From the IMG/VR virus record IMGVR_UViG_3300028805_000048: DNA of 64,000 nucleotides; one strand, given 5' to 3'. Below, piece after piece: positions 18,714 to 31,366 of this stretch (position 1 is its first letter; every line of letters starts with the position of its first letter). This DNA is from a virus (Duplodnaviria > Caudoviricetes). Both the position numbers and the translations under genes were made by a program. The notes beneath the pieces were generated by a model. The model saw only the letters and a list, made by a program, of their open reading frames with translations, was not told the origin of the DNA and made no database searches.

Positions 18714-20141
18714 ATGAGTGGTAATGTATCTAAACTCGTTAATGATGCTATGATTGAAATGATTGTATTGTTTCCAACATTAGCATATACAATGTCAAGA
18801 ATAGGTATTAACGTTGTAAACAAACCAGAAATAAATGCTTGTGCTTATACTGATGGTACAGGAATTTATATCAATGAGTATGCTATTGAAAAGATGAATG
18901 AAATGGGAACTGAAGTTGGTAATAACGGTAAAACATATAATGTTACTATCAACAAAGGTAATGTCATCTTCATATTAGCTCATGAATTGATGCACTTGTT
19001 GAATAATACTTGGTCAAGAGGTGAAGCAATTGGTGTTTATTCAGATGACTTTAGTGCTAAAGGTAAAGCTAGAAATGAATTATGGAATATAGCTACAGAC
19101 TATGAAATTAATTCATTGCTTTATCATAATCAATCTACTGATAGTTTAGGTAGAAGTTCGAGTAAACCTGTTGGTAATAAACCAGAATGGTGTTTGTATG
19201 ATGATAAATATAGAGATGTTCCTGCTGAAAAGATTTTTGCTGAACTTCTTAATAACATGCAAACTAACAGTAATGGTTCAATGTCATTAGAATCTGGTGG
19301 GATGTCATTTACGTTTGATGATGATCAGAACAATGGTCAAGGTCAATCTAACAGTCAATCTGGTCAAGGTCAAAATAATAACGGTCAACAAGGTAATGGT
19401 AAAAAGCAATCTAATGGTTTAACATATGGTCTTGATAAGCACATGCCTTACGTTGATGAACAGACTAAAGCTGAAGTTGCTGCTAAGATTGGTGATGCTT
19501 TAGCTCAATCTGGAAATGGTCAAGGAACAGGTATGTCTGCTTTTGATAGAGCATTAGAGATTCTGTTTAAACCACAACCATTCAATTGGAGACGTGCTCT
19601 TACAAGATATATGAAGTCTTTTGTTAAAGATAATTATACTTGGAATAAACCTTCAAGAGCTGGTATTGCTAATAACCTTATCTTGCCTTCATCTTCAAAG
19701 ATGCCTAAATTACATGTTGCGATAGCAGTTGATACTTCTGGTTCAATTGGTAATCCTGAATTAACATTGTTGTTAAATCATGTATTTACAATCTTAAATC
19801 AATTCAAAGCATTTCAAGTAGATGTATGGTGTTGTAGTACACAGGTTCATGAAGAAACCTTTACAACATATACATCTGCTAACAAGAATGAATTAAGGAA
19901 TTTCAAGATGGCATCAGATGGTGGTACAGATATGTCTGCAAATCTTCCGTTCATTAAGAAGAAATATTCTGGACAAATGCCTGATGTTGTAATGATATTT
20001 ACGGATGGGTTCGATGATTTATCTGGTGATACAACTACTAGAACAAATTATCCAATCTTATGGTTGATTGTTGATAACAAAAACTTCAAGAAACCAGCAT
20101 TGATTCCAGGTGCTGTTTATGAATTCAACACCGATGCTTAG
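18714..20141 (+). CDS. Metallopeptidase-like (HExxH) + VWA domain protein, MoxR partner
   Basis: AYTDG, HELMH, WNIATD; N/Q/G linker; MIDAS VDTSGS, GGTD, FTDG. Confidence 0.88.
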   Translation: MSGNVSKLVNDAMIEMIVLFPTLAYTMSRIGINVVNKPEINACAYTDGTGIYINEYAIEKMNEMGTEVGNNGKTYNVTINKGNVIFILAHELMHLLNNTWSRGEAIGVYSDDFSAKGKARNELWNIATDYEINSLLYHNQSTDSLGRSSSKPVGNKPEWCLYDDKYRDVPAEKIFAELLNNMQTNSNGSMSLESGGMSFTFDDDQNNGQGQSNSQSGQGQNNNGQQGNGKKQSNGLTYGLDKHMPYVDEQTKAEVAAKIGDALAQSGNGQGTGMSAFDRALEILFKPQPFNWRRALTRYMKSFVKDNYTWNKPSRAGIANNLILPSSSKMPKLHVAIAVDTSGSIGNPELTLLLNHVFTILNQFKAFQVDVWCCSTQVHEETFTTYTSANKNELRNFKMASDGGTDMSANLPFIKKKYSGQMPDVVMIFTDGFDDLSGDTTTRTNYPILWLIVDNKNFKKPALIPGAVYEFNTDA

Positions 20142-20149
20142 GATAAACA

Positions 20150-20183
20150 AGAAGGTATCAGGTTTAATGCTTGATACCTTCTA
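20150..20183 (+). terminator. Intrinsic terminator-like hairpin
   Basis: agaaggtatca...tgataccttct. Confidence 0.55.
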
Positions 20184-21865
20184 ACTTTAAACTGAAGGAG
20201 AATGGTTATGACGTCAGAAGTTAAAGAAGTAGTTTTAAGTACATGGAAAAGAATATATGAAGCTTGGAAAAACCATAATCTTAAATCATTAGATGAATAT
20301 GATTTAAGATATCGTATTATTGCTTTTCATACTTTCCATGAGATAGTAGATTCTTATGCTGATTGGATAGCACACAATGGTAAGAAAATAGATTGTGCTC
20401 CAGATACTCAGAAGATATATAAAGATTGTTATGAATGTACATATCGTACTCTCAAAATAGAGAAAGAAGAAAAGATGCGTCAAGTTATCTGTCAGTACAA
20501 TAATTCCATGGATGAAGTCCTTGAAGAATTTGGTATAGGTCGTATTACTTATGGTAATAACATATCTTATAGAGTAACAAATCTAAATAAGTTTTTCTTA
20601 AAAGTATGGGATGAGTATTTAGACAAACGTATCCAAGAACTTGGTATCAAAGGTCTTAAACTTAAAGATAGAAAGAAAGTAACTTGTAATTCACACGAGT
20701 TATTTGATTTCAAAGATGCTGAATTTGGTGTAACTGAAACTAAGGAGGAATGACTATGGAAAATAATTCCGATATAGAAAAGCTTAAAAATTATCTTGAA
20801 AAAAGAATTAACAATGAACTTCGTGACCTTCATGCTAGTTATTTTGTTAAAATTGAAAAAAATTTATATAATAAGTTTTGGCGTATTAAAGTATATCCTG
20901 TAATAAATGAAAGACAAAATGTTGAATTTGGTTATTGTGCATTAGAAGATATATTAAGTGAAAACAATGTGACTAAAATGTTAGGTGAGTTTACTGTTGA
21001 TGAATTGAATAACTATATAACTCTATTAAAAATGAAAGGAGAAATTTAATAATTAGAAATTAATGGCTTTACTTTATCTAATAAGTAGTTTATTTTAATA
21101 ATCATTGAAAGGAGAAAACATATGGCTTTAAGCGATGAAATAGAAGCAAAGCAAAGAGCTAAAGATCTTTTTAATAGTCTTTGGGATAAAGCTTCTGAAG
21201 ATGAACGTAGATATTTAATACAGCATACTCTAGATACAGAAGGTCCTGATGCTGTTAAAGAATTATTTAGTCCAGCGTTTGTAGGAATAGTTGAAAGTAT
21301 GATTACTGCTGTTCCAGCTAAAGAAGAAGTAAAAGAAAATGAACCTAAAATATCATTGAATGGGATACCTGTAACTCTTGATCAATTGAAAGAAATATTA
21401 CCTTCTCATGAATGTGATGAAGATGGTAATGAAATCTATGTCAAAGAAGAATATCTTAAAGTAGATGATTCTGTTGACAAAGACAATACTTATGTTGTTC
21501 TTGGTTGGATGGATTGGCCAGGTGGTGAATCATTCATTAAAGATATAGATTTAAATAATCTTAAAGCTCAAATTGACAATGGAATTCGTGATTCAGAAGT
21601 TTTAATAGCTAACATTGAATTAACTGATGAAGCTTCTGATGGAGGTTTCTTACAAGCTAAACATTTTACAAAAAATGAAGCAGAAGATATTGTCAATCTT
21701 TTGAATAGTGTAACATGTACTGACACAGCAAATCCAATAATGCTTGGTGAAAATGATAACGCTGCTATTAGTATAGCAGATTATCTTAAAGAAGCCAATA
21801 GTATTTAGATATTGTTTATTATTATGTTTTTGTTTTAATTTAATTTTATTGAAAGGAAATATATC

Positions 21866-22276
21866 ATGTTTAATGTAATTCGTAAAAATGGTTCTCAAAT
21901 CAAAGCTTCTTTTAAAACAGAAGATGAAGCTAAACAGTTTTTAGCTGATATGGGAATGCAGCGTAACTTCTTTAAAGTCGAAGAAGTAAAAGAACCTGTA
22001 TCCACAAAGAAAAAGATTTCAGTATCTTCTATAAGCGATGATGTATTCACAGATGCTGTAGAGATTACAAGAGCTAACGTTAAATACTTTTATAAGAAAG
22101 AAGGTCTTATTCGCGTTGTAAATCAGAATGGTAAAGTACTACATACTGGTAAGACAACTAATATGGGTAAGGTCTTTAGTAACTACGTAAATTGTGCAAG
22201 ATATAATCAATCATATGATTTTAATCTTGAAGGTGGAGACAGATTATTCTTTAAAGAAATGTCTCTTGAATCATAA
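21866..22276 (+). CDS. Protein with degenerate GIY-YIG-like C-terminal segment
   Basis: GLIRVVNQNGKVLHTGKTTNM resembles GVYxxxDxxGxVLYVGKAxNL but lacks the catalytic Tyr/Arg. Confidence 0.35.
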   Translation: MFNVIRKNGSQIKASFKTEDEAKQFLADMGMQRNFFKVEEVKEPVSTKKKISVSSISDDVFTDAVEITRANVKYFYKKEGLIRVVNQNGKVLHTGKTTNMGKVFSNYVNCARYNQSYDFNLEGGDRLFFKEMSLES

Positions 22277-22295
22277 TTTAAGATAATAAAATTTA

Positions 22296-22364
22296 ACCGT
22301 AGAATAGTCAAGTTTGGTTTTATGTAGGTTTTAACATGGAAATCAAATAAGATTATTCTACGGT
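22296..22364. repeat. Spaced inverted repeat ACCGTAGAAT element, copy 2
   Basis: accgtagaatagtc/gattattctacggt with a 41-nt spacer. Confidence 0.65.
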
Positions 22365-25300
22365 AAAAAAAAATCTAATTCTTAGAAAGGAGTTTATCAT
22401 GGCACTTTTAGATACATATAAACCAATGCAAGAATACATTACAAATTATCTTAATTCAAAGACTGGTTTTAATTTTAAGATTGTTGTTTTTAGTAAACTT
22501 AATCGAATTGCGATATGTATTGATTGTTATGATTCTAACAAGCCTTTTAACTATTTTATAGAGAAACTTCAAGAATTAAAAATAGACTTTGTAATTGAAC
22601 CAAACAATGGTTTTGAAGATGAGTATATTACATTAACAGAAGATGAATATCTTAAACTATATACTTCATGTAGTTTACAAAATAAACTTTAAAAAAGAGA
22701 GGTGATGATCATGTGGCTTACATATACTACTGGTTTACGTGAAGAAGATAGATTATGTAGATCTGCTAATCAATTATTCTTTAATGTTACAAATATGCCA
22801 ACAGATGTTTTTAGACGTGGTACAAGATATACTGATTGTATTAGTAATCCAAATATGTTTGTGATCATACCTGGTTATTGTAGTACAGAAACAATGAAAA
22901 TCTGTGCTGTTCAGCAATTAAGAAGCAGAATATATAATGAGTGTGGAATGCTTCTTGGAGGAAGTGAAACAGCTTTTCTTGAATGTACAAAAGAACAGCT
23001 TGAAGAAATATTAACTGTCTTTAAAATGAAAGGATACTGATATGGATGACAAAGATTATGTTATAAAGAAATGGTATCTTAATAATGATGGTATTTCTTT
23101 AACAATATATTTTAGAAGAAACGATATATTTTATGGATTTAATTGGTCAATGAAATTAGGCTTTGATTACTTATCAGGTAATATTATATTTCCTGCATCT
23201 AATTTTGGTTGTGTTTCTTCTGAAGCTGGAACATATAGAAAACATCACACTAAAGAAGAAACTGAAAATTTCTATAAAGAATTATTAAATCATATGGATA
23301 TTACCGAATACGAATATCATGATGGAGATAAACCTTATTGTATTATAAGTACAGATGTTTATAAAAATCTTTTAACTATCTGGAAAATGAAAGGAAGGTG
23401 TTGATATGACTGGTAAAGAATTTGAAGCTTGTGTTTTGTTAGAAAATGTTTTTCATCAAACACTGCGCACTATATGTCCCGATATTTCTCAACATCATTA
23501 TGATATACTTACAGACGATTGTGATGAATACATAAAATTTAAACTTTATGTTAGTGGAGGATTTAAACAAGTATGGTATTCACGAAAATTAATTCAATAT
23601 TTAAATAAAGAATTAAGTGGTATACATATGGATTATGATAAAGATAATTATCTCAAAGGATTTCTCATTAAAAGAAAAGATATTTATAATGTTGTAACAT
23701 ATTACAGAATGCGAGATGTAATATGAATATATATAAATTTAAAATGAGTATTAATAAAACCATTTGTGCTGTTGTAAGCCATCGCATATTATCTTTTTAT
23801 ATACAAAAGAGCTTTGATGATATTGGATATTTAACTTGGGATAATAATATTCGAGGTTTTAAATTATATTATCAAAACGAAGATAATAAAATGGATTTGT
23901 TAGCTTTTTTAGAAACAATTTGTGGTATACAAACTAAATATGATTCATACAACGTATGGATTACTTACGAAGATTATTTAAATCTTTTAACATTTCTTAA
24001 ATTGAAAGGAGAATAGAGATGGCTATTTGGATTGTAAATGGAAGTGAAAAGAAAAGATTAATTCAATGTAAGCGTAATGATATTGTTAATCGCAGTGATT
24101 CCAATATCGGAACTAGATTATGTTATTCTATATCAAGTATTTATGACAATGGGATATCTTATGGATCTGCTTATTTTAAAGATGACGCGTCAGAAGATGA
24201 AATGACTTATGGAAAATATGATTTTTTCGAATGTCAACAAATTGAATTAAAATTTAGTGATGAAGAATATTATAAGATTGGTACTAGTCAAAATGGATTA
24301 GGTGAATATGCTAATGTGCTAAATTATATATCGAAATCTGTTGGTAAAGATTTACTTTGTATTTATACAGAAAATACATTTGGGATGTTTATAGGTTTTT
24401 ATAGAGAACATGGTTTGAAAAGAAAACATAGGATTTTCGGTATCATTAAGGATTCTGTTAAATTTATACCCAATAAAAATAACAATGTTCCTGTAATAAC
24501 AAAAACACATAACCATAAGACATTTAAAGAATTCATTGCTCCAACCCTTTTAAATGATTTAAATTTGTTTAATGTGATTAATCACTCAGATGTTTCTAGA
24601 TTTAAATTTGAAAATGAGAATTTTATAAAAATTTATGTTGGAGGTAATAATGTTTGGCCACATGAAATACAAAAAGCTATCATTGAATGTTTACCAATGA
24701 TTAAAGAAAAATTATTTGCTGGTAAATTTAAGAAATTCTGTGAAGATTATAACGTCACTGATATTTCTTTATTAAAGAATATCATTGGCGAAGATAGAGA
24801 TCTAGAATTTGATATTTCAAATCTTGGAAAGGAGGAAGAAAATGAATCATGATGTTTTAATGTTTGTTGAATTAAATCAAAGAATTAACTTTAATAATGA
24901 TTCATATAAACCTGGTATCATTTTAGATAAAGGTATATATGAAGTTATGGAATGGTCGCATCATAACCAAACACACGGTGAATATAAATATGATTATGTA
25001 GATCTTATTAAGGTTGATACTCGTGAACGTATTCACTTCATGTTATATCATCCAGAAAACTATAGTAATCTATTTACAGTTCATACAGAGTTTGTACCTG
25101 TATGTAGTTAAATGCTTGATATTATTATGTTTTTTTTAATTCTAACCACGTTTGAGAGGAGAAACACTATGGGACAAAGAACACAACTCGTTGTAAAAGT
25201 TACTGAATGTATCGTATCTTATAACAATCCTAAACCAGAATTTAAAACACATACTGCATCATATCATAATCAATGGGGATTAGCTAAGATGCAACTTAAA

Positions 25301-28300
25301 GATATCATTAATCTCTTAAATAGTTATATAGATTACAATGAGTATAAATTTCCTGATAAATTACATAAAGGATGGAAGTTAGATGAAGATGAGAAATGTA
25401 CTGATCTTACTCCAGAAGGTGTAGCAGAATATCTATCTCATCAAGATAATAATGATGGAGGAGCTTTCTTAGAAATAAATGTTAAACAAGGTGAAATTGT
25501 AAACGGTAATCTTATCTTATATTCAGATCCAGAATCTGAAAGAAGTTGTAAAATATATGGAGATAATATAGTACCTTATGTATCTCTTAAAAATTATATT
25601 AAGTTTCATCCTCATTATTATGATAAAGGATTTTATATGATGTTTCTTACAACATTAAAATATCATAACATCAAAATCATTACAAAACCTATTGACGAAG
25701 GAGAATAGACATGAGTTATGAAATCTATAAATCAGTAAAGCAATTAGTAGATGGTACTTTTGAAGTTGTATCTTCTTCTAGCAATGTGTATCCAAAAGAT
25801 TTTAGACAATGGAATATGAATTATTTCAACAAAGAATTTCCAACAGTTACTAATGAAGAGAAAAGAGCTCTTTGGATGCTTTTTTCAAGACATTGGGGTG
25901 ATAAGTTTTATCAATCTAATTGGAAGAATGATCAGAAACTTGCTAGTAAATTCTGTCAAGAAAAAGGATATGATACCTGGGAAGTAGCTCGTACAGATAA
26001 AGATCTATTTCTCAAATATGCTCAAGAGTTTATCGAATGGAAAAAAGATAAAGCTAAAATAAAGAAGCATGAATATGTTGTATCCATGATATTTGGCTTT
26101 TCTAGAGAATATGTTGGTAAGAAATCATCTAGACGTGTATGGCCTTCTTATAGCAAGAATGGTGCTAAAGTATTTAAAGCTGAAACATCTCAAGATGTTT
26201 TAAATCTTTTTTCTGGATATAGTTTATATGAACCACAAGTTGAGGAGATTTAATATGACAAACAATATATTTTCTGGATATGATGAGAAAAGAATCAAAT
26301 ATGCTTTGTATTTTCATCGTGAAGGTCTTCGTGGAATAAACCAAGATGATCAATCGTTATATCGTGCTTTAGCTTTACACGTTGCTAAATCCCTTAATAG
26401 TAATTCAATATATACTTCTTCTGCTAATCCTGATTATAGAAGTGGTGAAGACGGTTTTGTATTCGAAGCTGTTCGTCTTAATATAGATAGAGAATATACT
26501 AAAACTTTACTTAAGAGTAATTATATGTCAGATTTTAGATCTAATCTAAAAAGTGTGTTAGATGAAGCCAAAAAAATTAATCCTAATATCATAGCTGTTG
26601 TATTAAAAAGTGATTGCGATATTTGTGATCTAAATGATATAGAAAACAAAGTGATTTATAGTAAAAGACCTTCTATTGTTTATGGAATTCTTGATACACC
26701 AGCGAAGTATTTAGAATCAAATGATAAGAATATAAAACCTGCAATATCTACATTTTCTAATATAGAAATGTATAAATCTTTAGTTTTATCTTCATTAGTA
26801 AACGATTTAAATAAATACAATGTATTTAATGAAAATTCATTTCAGCTAAAAGATGAAGATCTTAAACCTGAAGATATAGATATTGGTCAAGATAAATATG
26901 GTAATTTATATTTTCCTTTAGCTATGTCTGAAGAAATGCACAATGCTATACGTAATTATCTTAAAGATCAATTAAATACATTTATACGTTTATATAAAGA
27001 AGGTGAACTTTGTAATATCTTAGATAGACAAGGAATAGATGTTGAAAGATTTATATCTGACATTAGTAATTGCTATATACACAACAGACACTGTTGCGTA
27101 TCTCTTTTTATAGATATAAATAAAGTAATCAATAACTAAGGCTTTACTTTATCCCAAGTATAGTTTATTATTAGTATATCAAAAGATATGATATAATCTC
27201 CAAACAATTATTATGTTATTGTTTTAATTTAATTTTTTAGAAAGGAAGGTATTAATATGAGAAGAAAACAATCAGCTAGAATGACATTTTTAAAAGCCAT
27301 GATTAAAGTTAAAGGCGGAAAATAATCATTCTTATTTTTTTCATTAATTTATTAAAAAAGGAGGATAAAATGTATTGGGTTGTAATGAATGGATATACTT
27401 TACCGACACCGTATTTAACAATGGATGATGCTGTAGCAGCAATGAATAAATTACGTGCTGAAAATGGTCCAAGTATTTTCGATATTATTCACGATTAATA
27501 AATGAAACGAAACTATAATTCTAGGGATAGATTACTTTCTGTCCCTAGAATGATTTTGAAAGGAGATTGAAATGCATAAAATAGTTGTTACAAATATAAA
27601 TACAAACGAAGAACATGTTTTTTATGATATATGTAACCCGAATGGTACAGTTAAAGAATCTGCTTTAGATCAAGCAAGAAAGAAATATAACGAATTAAGA
27701 CATAAGAATAAAGTAACCATTACTCATGTGTATCCTGATTATAAACACGGTTTAATTAAATCAGATCTTATAGAATGTAATGTGTGATCAAGGAGAATGA
27801 GATATGAAAACTAAAGATCAAATAGCTGAAATCTTTTTAAGAGAAGCAAAGAATGTAATAGATTCTAAGTTCGATGAACTATCTGCTTTATCAGATAAAA
27901 TTCTCAACAAAGACCAAGATGCTAGCGAAGAATATAAAAAGATTTTCAATGATCTATCTAAGATTTTACCTAGTAAAGGTATAACTGAAGAAGAAATGAA
28001 ATCCTTTTTACCATACATAAAAGAATATCAAAGTGAAATAGCTTTTTATATTATGTCAAAGATATTTAAACCTGGAGGTGATTAAAGTGTCTTTTATTAA
28101 TAGTGACGATGAAAATTATGTTGCTAATCTTATATCTGAAATGACTTCGTTAGAATGTCAAATTGGATATTGGAATAATTTATACTTTATAGCCATTCCT
28201 CATGTCATAGCATTTGATAAAGAAACAAATAAAGTGATTAATAATGTTCTTGATATGTTTCAAAAGTGTTGTATTCACAAAGAATTAATGAAGAATTATA

Positions 28301-29567
28301 AAACTACTAAAGTATTATTTACATTAACAGCATCTGAATTAGAAGCGTTTGTTTTATTTCATAAGATGAAAGGAGCTTAAAATGGAAACAGTACAAGATG
28401 TTTATGAGGTAGAAAAACGTTTAAGAAAATTTATTGAAAAATGTTTGAATATCCATCGTAGTCATAGAATAAAATGCTACGTAAATATAAATGATATTAA
28501 TAAAAAAAATAATACTTGTAAATGTCATGTAGAATTTTATTTTATAAATCCATATTCTTCAGAGAGTGTAGATCCATTTTACAAACAATTACTGTTTATA
28601 TTAACTAAAGCTGGAATAGAAATTTTATCTGAAAATTATAATGATTTTTATTTTAAACTTCCAGTTAAACAAAGTGATATAGAAAACTTATTTACAATAT
28701 TTAAAATACAAAATGATTTTCAATGAAAGGAGCTTGATTATGGATTACTTACAGAAAATAATGATTATGAGTAGAATTCCTAAAGAAATGTTTTGGGCAT
28801 ATGAATCAGTAAGACAATCTGGATTATATAATATGTGTTGTATTATTCCAGCTGTTGGAAGATATGCTGAAACTAGTTTTAACGAAATGCTAAAACTGAT
28901 GGATGACGTGTATATAAGATACTGTGTATATAACGAAGTAGATCTTGATGATGCTAATAACAAGGATATATACAAACATGTCACGTTATACCACGCTAGA
29001 TTAATTCAAGAATTATACTCAGACTTGCTTGAATTACATGGGATGCCACCTAAAGACGTCGTTAAAATTAAAAAAGAAATTAAAATCGATTTTTAAAAAT
29101 GGAAATTTAATAAGGTAGAATCTATATTTAATATTGGTTCTATAAATGCAACAAAAAACTATTTACAAATAAAATTAAATAGTTTATATAACTTTCGCTT
29201 TTGGAGAAAATATAAAATGAGTACCGTAAATATTAAAACTGCTAAACTTTCAACATTGATAGAAAACCTTCAGCAAATTCTCGATACAGAAGGTGATCTT
29301 CCAGTGGTTGCTTCCGTAGATGAAGAAGGTAATCACTTTAATACATTCGATCATACAGGATCTAATACATATGGAGTAGAAAACGGTTTACTTATTTTAT
29401 ATCCTTCTTCAGAACGAAATGATCTAGATGATATTGAAGGATTTCGTGATGAAGATGAAGATGATGAAGATGATAATCCTTTCAACGATGATTATGACGA
29501 AGATAATCCTTTTGATGATTATGATTTAGATAATGATTGCTATTAACATTAAACTCCATTTAAATAA

Positions 29568-29605
29568 AAAGGGTATGTAGTGAAAGGAAAAAAGCTACAT
29601 ACCCT
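29568..29605 (-). terminator. Terminator (U tract on minus strand)
   Basis: agggtatgtag/ctacataccct stem with an A-run on its left. Confidence 0.7.
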
Positions 29606-29670
29606 AAATTTTATAATAATATATACGTCAATTATTCAAATTTTTATTTATGACGTATTTTATAGAACTA

Positions 29671-30039
29671 TTAAAATTCATAACGTAAGTTACAAATTGC
29701 ATTAGCTGCACCATTATGCATGAAAGCTTTCATCTTACAAGATTTCATAGCAACAGGCTCTTCCAATGTAACATCACTGTGACCATTAATACCAGGAACA
29801 ACGAGTTCACCAGCCATTTCTTCGATCTCAGCAAATGTCCATGCATTAACAGGCATAGAATCAGCATTCATCTGTTTAACATATAAAGATACAATATACT
29901 TTTCAACAGCAGCAGATCCAGATTCTTCAATCATAGATCCTGATTCATTACCATCTGCATATACAGCAGCTACTTCTGCAGATACCAGCAAATCTTCAGT
30001 ATCTACAATTTTACCAGAAGCAATAATTTCACTTGACAT
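29671..30039 (-). CDS. Late virion-associated protein (possible head decoration)
   Basis: AGTTCTA upstream, near the MCP gene, Ala/Glu-rich; start probably ATG 30039. Confidence 0.55.
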   Translation of the reverse strand: MSSEIIASGKIVDTEDLLVSAEVAAVYADGNESGSMIEESGSAAVEKYIVSLYVKQMNADSMPVNAWTFAEIEEMAGELVVPGINGHSDVTLEEPVAMKSCKMKAFMHNGAANAICNLRYEF

Positions 30040-30199
30040 AGTAATCACCTTATTCTATTTATTAGACGCATTGTTAAGGATTATTCCAAATAAAGTTATT
30101 CGGCGTCTTTAAAATAACTTTACAATTTTATAGAACTATTAAAAAAAGCTTTACTTTTATAAAAACATGTAATACATTTAATAATGTTAAATTTTAAAT

Positions 30200-30428
30200 T
30201 ATAAAAGGCGACCACTCCTTTCGGGATATAAGCTATAAACAAATATCCTTGTCGGAAGACTAAATGCTATGATGCACTTTTATGGTTGGGGTGTTAACAT
30301 GATCTGAGGTCGCCAGTGTAGTTTTCTGCATGGACAGACGTGAATCATAGAATTGTTTATAAATTTTGTCATATGTAATATAGAAGATAGCTATCTCTTT
30401 TCCCTCTGTGATAGCTATCTTCTTTTTT
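30200..30428 (+). ncRNA. Candidate double-pseudoknot ncRNA
   Basis: Promoter at 30147, terminator 30382-30428, stem ggcgacc/ggtcgcc crossed by two long-range pairings. Confidence 0.6.
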
Positions 30429-30441
30429 AAGGAGTAGAGAA

Positions 30442-30792
30442 ATGATAGGATCTTCATTCTTCAAACAATACATAGAACAGCAATACTTTATTTGGATGTT
30501 ATTTAAAGCATATAGTGGTTGGTCTAAATCTCTTGACAAAAACAATCTTCCTATGTATACAGACACAAAAGAAGGATACATAAGATATCACATATGTGCT
30601 AATAAGAATTGGGATTGTGCAAATCTCATAGACTTACTAAACTTCTACGATGATTTACTGAATAAATTAAACATACCACATGAATTAAAAACGTTTGCTA
30701 TAGTATTTCATATACCAAGATCAATCGATCTAGAAGATAGAATAACAGCGTTAAAACTCCTAGGTATTGACGAAGGAGAACCAGATGATTAG
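30442..30792 (+). CDS. Hypothetical protein, C-terminal helix family
   Basis: RITALKLLG; SD aaggag. Confidence 0.6.
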   Translation: MIGSSFFKQYIEQQYFIWMLFKAYSGWSKSLDKNNLPMYTDTKEGYIRYHICANKNWDCANLIDLLNFYDDLLNKLNIPHELKTFAIVFHIPRSIDLEDRITALKLLGIDEGEPDD

Positions 30793-30920
30793 AAATAGAC
30801 AAAAAAGTCATCATTGTGTCTATTTTGTCTAAAAAATTAAGTCATTGATTTTAAACAATTGTGTCTCGATTTTCCCAAAGGAGAAATAAAAAATTTTCAA
30901 TTAAAAAATAGACAAAAAAT
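30793..30920. repeat. ~125 bp IHF-site/TAGACA-box element, copy 2
   Basis: Direct-orientation homolog of 9499-9624. Confidence 0.8.
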
Positions 30921-31308
30921 AAATTTAAAAAATAGGCTTTACATTTAAAATTTTCATGATATAAATATATATGTTTTAAATCCTTTGTAAATCAATTAAG
31001 AAGCTTAGGTAATTTTATCCTAAGCTTTTTTATTCATCAGAAAGTCTAATAATTAGATTAAAAAGCGATAAATTGATTCTAGCATATCTTTTTTGACCAA
31101 AGAAATATCATGAAGCTTTTTAACGACTAACTTATCAAGAAAACTAAATAAGCATGCTAGAAAATGATTCTATTTTCATTCATTTATTCCTTATTTATTA
31201 GAATTTATATTTCGTTATTACATTGACAGAACACAAATGTTCTGTAAACAATCGTTTTTCCATTTCTAATAAGTAGACTCTCATTAGATTTTAGTCTAAT
31301 TAGTAGAA

Positions 31309-31341
31309 TAAAAAAGACCCCAGATTTCTCTGAGGTCTTTC
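31309..31341 (-). terminator. Terminator of major capsid gene
   Basis: aaagacc.cag...ctg.ggtcttt with minus-strand U tract. Confidence 0.7.
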
Positions 31342-31366
31342 TAAAGCCTTGAAAAGACTTAATTTA

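Larger units (their letters stand above)
20202..29546 (+). other. Array of ~22 hypothetical genes; several carry the C-terminal helix motif (20750, 22702, 23042, 23406, 23723, 28078, 28382)
   Basis: Co-oriented and translationally coupled; GGCTTTAC promoters at 21065 and 27140. Confidence 0.7.

Noticed and set aside
19320-19420. GGTCAA/N-Q-G repeats in the VWA gene
   Set aside because: Ordinary low-complexity linker typical of this protein family.
29445-29535. Duplicated EDDNPF/EDNPF acidic repeat
   Set aside because: Short coding duplication in an acidic tail; no independent signal.
9499-30920. Integrated mobile element or prophage bounded by att sites
   Set aside because: No integrase or transposase in the window, and promoters, SDs and gene families are the same inside and outside; kept only as an unexplained repeat finding.
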